NCBI GenBank assembly: GCA_964016885.1
Contig: OZ024740.1
Coordinates: forward strand, 192,076,001-192,140,000
Direction of reading: 5' to 3'
Length of the DNA stretch: 64,000 nucleotides
Source: Eledone cirrhosa
Taxonomy: Eukaryota
This document shows positions 58,637 through 64,000 of this stretch, in pieces (the stretch's first letter is position 1; every line of letters starts with the position of its first letter). The notes beneath the pieces were generated by a model. It did no database searches. It had not been told where the DNA came from and saw only the letters and a program-made list of their open reading frames with translations. The position numbers were made by a program, and so were the translations under genes.

Positions 58637-61600
58637 ATTATTATTATTATTATTATTGTTCTTTGAGCCTCAGTCATTGATGTGATTTGACTGGAAAGTT
58701 TGTTGATATGAATATCAAGCCACTACCTGCAGCCTCAGATATTCAGGACGCATCGCAGGGTTCTTGCTGTTCCCAGCAAGCCTGCCTTTAGAAGTGTTCC
58801 AAAAAGCGGGTCGCGACTAATTTTCTTTAACCATCCTTGAAAACTCTTTGAGATAGTAGCTAGTGCACCTATGACAATCGGGACCACTTTGACTTCATGG
58901 CAGTTCCAAATCCTTTTTACCTCCAACTTTAAGTCCTGGTCTCGGTTAATTTTCTCCCTCTCCTTCTCCTGCACTCTCGTCTCGTGTCGAATGGGCAGGC
59001 TACATCTACAATCAGGCACGATCTTTTTTCCTTGTCCAAAACCAGCAGGTCAGACATATTGTGTTCCAGTTTCCTGTCCGACTGTATCCTAAAATCCCAC
59101 AGCACCTTCACCTGATCGTTTTCTATCACCGACTCTGACTTCTACTCATACCGCTACTCAGATTGTGGTAAATTGTTTACTTTGCATTGGTGCCAGTGGA
59201 TCACCCTCATCACATCATGTCTCCAGCCTTTATAGTGAGTCTGGGCTAGGTGTTTACACTCCGATACAATGTGAGCCACCATCTCCTCTCTCTCCACAGA
59301 TCCTGCTATGTGGGCTAGACTCCTCCTCGGAAATATGGTGCTTCAGCCATTTCGTTTTGAGGGCCTGCTCGTGCGCAGCCATTACCATTCCTTCTGTAGC
59401 TTTCTCAACCAGTTCCATGTCTGTGGATCTCTGAATTCCGTTTTCTCAAAGAAGGTACTATGAAGGGATTTTTCATGAAGGTTGCTCTTTCTCCTTGTTG
59501 TTATTTACTCCTTGGATATCCCCTGGTCTATTGTCCTCTCCTTCAGTACAATTCTGTGCATTGGCTTCTTCTTATAGGTCACGTATTTGTGTAGGTTGTT
59601 TATCTCCATCTGAACACAGTCCTCTATGCTCATAAGACCTCTTCCACCTTCAGATCTCCTTGAGTAGAGTCTATCGACATCACTCCTCTTGTGGAACATG
59701 TTGTAGATAGGCAATAGCTTCCTAGTCTTCCTATCCATTTCTTTTTGTTCAGCAACATTCCATCTCAGAATTCCCGCACTGTACCTAATAATAGACACAG
59801 CTCATGAATTTACTGCACTTATGGCATTCCTGCTGTTCAGATGTGACTTCAATACGCTCCTTATTCTCCGAATGTATTCAGATCTTATCAATTCCTTCGT
59901 TTTTTTGTTATTGATGTCATCAGCCTCTAGAATACCCAAATACTTGTATACTTCTTCAGTGTCAATTTCCTTTATCATCTCACCTGTTGGTACCTGGATT
60001 CCGTTGCTTCTGCTCAATTTACACCTCTTCATCCCTAGGACACCACCCTTACTAATACCAAATTGCATACATATATCATTGCTGAAAATACGGACAGTGT
60101 CAACAAGCACATCAAACTCCTTCTCATTCTTCCCGAAGAGCTTAAGTTCGTCCATGAAGAGGAGGTGATTGATGTTAAGCTCTCACTTTCGCAACTTGTT
60201 TCCTGCTTTCACTTTTCGCAGTATAATGGTCAGGGGCATCAGGGCAATGACAAACAACAGAGGGGACGAGCTATCTCCCTGGAAGATAACTCTCTTGATC
60301 TTCACGCCTCCCAAGGATTCTCCAGCTGATGTTAACTCTGTTTTCCAGGACTTCATACTTTTGCTCAACAACTGTCTGATATTATCTGCCACCTTGAAGA
60401 TCTCTAGGCCTTTGGTGATCCAGTGTGTCTCCGCTTGCGATTTCCTCATTACCATCTTATCAATAAGTAACTGGTCCGTTGTACCATGGGACTTCTTTCG
60501 GCATCCTTTCTGTTCGTCCGGTAACAAGTTGGTTGTGTGGAGGTGATGGTAGATATCCTCAGACACAATGCTTGTCAACAGTTTCCACATTACGGACAGG
60601 CATGTGATAGGTCTATTGTTGGTAATATCATTACCCTTGATGCAGTCTTTCATTACCAGAACTGTGGAACCTTTTGTCAACCACTCCGGTACCTCACCTG
60701 ACATCAAGCAGTCATTGACCAAGGTTGTCAGTTTCGGGTGGAGGGATGTTATATTTTTAATCCAATACCTCTGCACACCATCTGAGCCTGGGGATTTCCA
60801 GTTGGTTAGTTTTTTGGCCTGCACCTTAAGAGTTTCAAGTGTGATACTCAAATCAGTTTGTTGGTGTGCCTGTTTACTAATTCCTTTTGTACTGTCTCAA
60901 TCCACACTGTCTGGTCATTATGTTTAACATCCTGCTCCCATATTCCTCTCCAGAATGTCTTAGTTTGTCCCGCATCATGGATCAAGTTGTTGCCTCTTTC
61001 TTTCCCTTCAAGCTGTCCAAACAGCATCTTCTGGTTGTTGTCGAACATGCGGTTCTCTCTATACTGACTGACTCTGCTCTCGTATCGCCTAATTTTTGCA
61101 CTCTTTGCTATAATGCGTTGCTTCAGTTCCTCTATGATAATATTTAGCCTTTTTCTCCTAGTCTTGTACTTTATTTCCAGTCTATTTTTAGTGTCTATAT
61201 TTTTTAGTGTCCCATTCAGTAGGGACTCAAGCTTTCCAATGTCACTTCTCATATCGCTGATTTGACCATTCAGTCGTTTCTTACACCAAGGTTCTGATCT
61301 TTCTTGTTGTTGTTTCCTCTCGCTTTTATACCAAGTAGTTTCCTCACCGTATTTGCTGTCGCTTTGAGGATATTGTTGCACTGGTGAAGGCTCCTCACCT
61401 CAAGGTATGGGATGACTTTGTTTACCTTAGTTGTTTCTTTTAACTTGTTCCTGTCTACAAATCTTAGGTTCATAAGTTTCCCACTATCATTGTTCATTTC
61501 ATCTACCACTAAGTTTAGGATATTAACCAAATCTTGTCCTAGCCCGTCAGCATTCATCTCCTCAATGGCCGTATATTTGTTTCAGGTATAATAATATAAT

Positions 61601-62090
61601 AATTTCAGCATTCAGATCATTGTTTGCTTCAGATGGTTCCTCCGTTCTCTCAACCTGTTCACCTTCATTTCCCACTGGCTCGTTTGCCTGGTATACTCCA
61701 CTCTCCATTTCCAAGCTAATCTCTCTGCTCAGTTCCTCCAGTTCCAGCTCGCTTATCCGCCCATTAGTTCTTATTACCCGAGCCTGCCCGGACACATTTT
61801 GCTCATCTAATTTAAATAGACCAATCTCGTTCCAGATGTTATGCATCCGTTTCGTATAGCCTTTTTCCTTGGGGTTACTCTTCAGGTAACATTGCATAAC
61901 AGTTATATTCAATTCTTTCGTCCAGTTGATTCTGGTCCCTTTCCTTCTTCTTCCTCCGACACCAGCTTTATTTGGTTGAAAGCCAGGTCCCTGCTGCTGA
62001 GCCAGGGAGCACCTGCTGGGGGAGATTCTGTCACATGACATTCCAGTCTCCACTTCACCGTTATTCGAACTGTTTAGGTTCAACATTGAA
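58631..62090 (-). mobile_element. Decayed R4/Dong-clade non-LTR retrotransposon (RT plus restriction-like endonuclease) with (TAA)n tail
   Basis: N-terminal WTKELN..VMQCY.KS.P..KGY.KRM; RT NWKSPGSDG, RPITCL, EQKGC, IFQGDS.SPLLF, FMDELKL, YKYLG; RLE KVLWDFRIQSDR...D...IVDVACP...K...PIVIGALA. (TAA)n at 58631-58657. Confidence 0.9.
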
Positions 62091-63325
62091 ACCCTTTTCC
62101 TTTAACTCTTTTGTTACCGCATTTCTAAAGAAAGACACTTCATATGGTGTTTCGAACATAACTTAAGGTATCTAAAACAAAATTGTGCTGGAAGGTTTTG
62201 GGATAAAAATATGATTTTCGAGGATTGGTGAATGTATGGTTACATAACCACGGGTGATTTGATCACCCTCGGTGATTTTAGCATGGCCCTATCACGTTGT
62301 AGACGAACATAAATAAACAAACAAACAAATAGGTAAACACCCCAAAAAATAAGCATAAGTTTCATTGTAATGTAATGTTCGAATGTCTGACTAAGTTTGT
62401 TTGCTTGTCTGTCTGTCTGTTTGCTTTTCTTTTCTTTTTTCTTTTCTTACGTTTTTCGTCGCTGTTGTGCAGTTTTGATTTTGATTTTTGATTTTTTGAT
62501 TTTCTGACCGGGTCATCAAATCAGTCTATTTATATCTTTTGATGCCTTCCTCATTTAGTGGGAACACTACGATGCATGTCTTAGCAGGAGGTAGTGGGAG
62601 AGAATATCGGTGGTAGCAATAATGAAGCAGTGGTGCTGGTGATGTGCTAGTAGTACTTAGCAGGATGTAGTGCGAGAGAATAGTGGCGGTAGCGATAATG
62701 AGGCAGTGGTGGTGGTGATGTGATCGTAGTACTGTAGTGATGGTGTTGAAGTTGAAGTACAAATAGAAGTTGAGGTAACTTGACTAGTGTTTTTGGCGTG
62801 GTAGTGGTAATGTTGGTGGTGGTGTTGGTGGTGAAATGATTTGCTTGTCTGTCCACTTAGCCATTTTTCTCTTTTTCGACTATAACATTTCTGATCCAAA
62901 ATTAAATATTAAATTGTGGGGCCCTATGCCGTAATGTGATGTGTTGTCGCTTGCTGAGAGAAAACACTGTAAAATTATACTTCATTTGTAATAAGAATTA
63001 TTCTATCACAGTTGTTTTAAATAAGTAAAAATCAAAAACTTACAGGGGCGATTCCATAACGATATATATCCACCATGTTCGTTTTCTTCCCTATCTTTCT
63101 TCCCTATTTCTTCCTTATTATTATTATTATTATTGTTATTATTATTATTGGTCTAAGCGGACGTATTTTGCTCGCTCACAGTAAGTCGCTTTGTTTGCCT
63201 GTTAAATTTATTTGTTGTTAAATATTTCTTGTTGTGTAAGGGATATAAGCCCTTAGACTTTGCTCCGTGAAGGGGAAAGTATAATATTTGGGCCTTTTGG
63301 ACCAAATATTTGAACTTTTTTTTAC

Positions 63326-64000
63326 ATGTTAAAAGATTTACGAAGACAAAATAACATTGCTGAGCCACGCCCCCCAGCGATATGTCGGCTGTCGTGCGAC
63401 AACGACGTAGAAGTTGAGAGGAGCGCTACAGCGAAATTAACACACATTGATAATACAAACACCACCACAAACAGGGTAAACAAAGACACCAATGATACCA
63501 ATAAGAACACTGAAAAAAATGGCAGTAACAGCGACCACGAAAATACAGATAACAAAAAAATAACAAATACAACAACAATATCAACACCACTAACATGAAA
63601 ACAAATACCGACAACACCAACAGCAACAATACTAACTGCACCGAGAATAACGTTGGCAACAAAGACAACAATGATAACAGCGACAGTGCTAACAACAACA
63701 CCAACAAGAACAACGACAGCAAAACCCCCAACGAAAACAAGAAGAACACTTTCGCGGCGGCAGCAGCAAAAAAGAGGCCATGCTTCAACATGGACCTCTC
63801 AAACAAAAATGAAAAGTTGGCCCAGGCATGGAAGCTCATCAGGCAAGAGCAAACTTGGGCCAACTTAACTGTCCCGGTAGTAGCTATTGAGGCAGTGGAG
63901 CGCAAAACGGTGCATTATAGATGCATCTCAGCACAAACCAAAAAGGCAGCTTTAATCCAACAAGAAGATGTCGAAGTCGCGCTAAGGTGCATCAGAGAAG
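63326..64000 (+). mobile_element. 5' ORF1-like region of an L1/Tx1-like element, running off the right edge
   Basis: Frame from ATG 63595 is open to the window end. It is Asn-rich, then NLTVPVVAIEAVERKTVHYRCISAQTKKAALIQQEDV, which aligns with SVKMPQEFTKDIESRTVKFRTINNSTKKPEQPSQADI at 622-987. Confidence 0.55.

Noticed and set aside
62560-62835. His/Thr-rich ORFs
   Set aside because: Degenerate (GTG/TAG)n low-complexity DNA.
63038-63076. Minus-strand mini-exon ATG...CCT|GTAAGT (MVDIYRYGIAP)
   Set aside because: No downstream exons or homology evident; could be chance.

Overview
AT-rich eukaryotic (animal) DNA with no intact host gene, dominated by (TA)n/(CA)n/(GATA)n microsatellites and transposon relics. 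Its SINE and LINE types resemble octopod cephalopod repeats (inference). Penelope-like elements (PLEs) dominate. There are two palindromic insertions of one Neptune-like RT+GIY-YIG family (7926-11256, 50183-55476), two decayed Hydra-like PLEs (13963-14830, 47661-49797), five tandem arrays of 450-965 bp non-coding units inserted in (TA)n, and many short fold-back relics. Other content: an R4/Dong LINE, RTE, CRE and L1-like fragments, a non-autonomous Helitron, tRNA-derived SINEs, an intron-containing tRNA-Lys(UUU), and possible exons of a decayed M12B metalloprotease gene. Main hunt results: (1) about 20 hand-folded type I hammerhead ribozyme motifs, including a class with a greatly enlarged or branched stem II and U3-A8 cores in tandem ~600-965 bp retrozyme-like units; (2) an in-frame TGA at the same conserved Cys of two divergent Hydra-like PLEs, a candidate selenocysteine; (3) a ~450 bp hammerhead satellite with an snRNA-type octamer. 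All RNA structures were folded by eye and none has been tested computationally.
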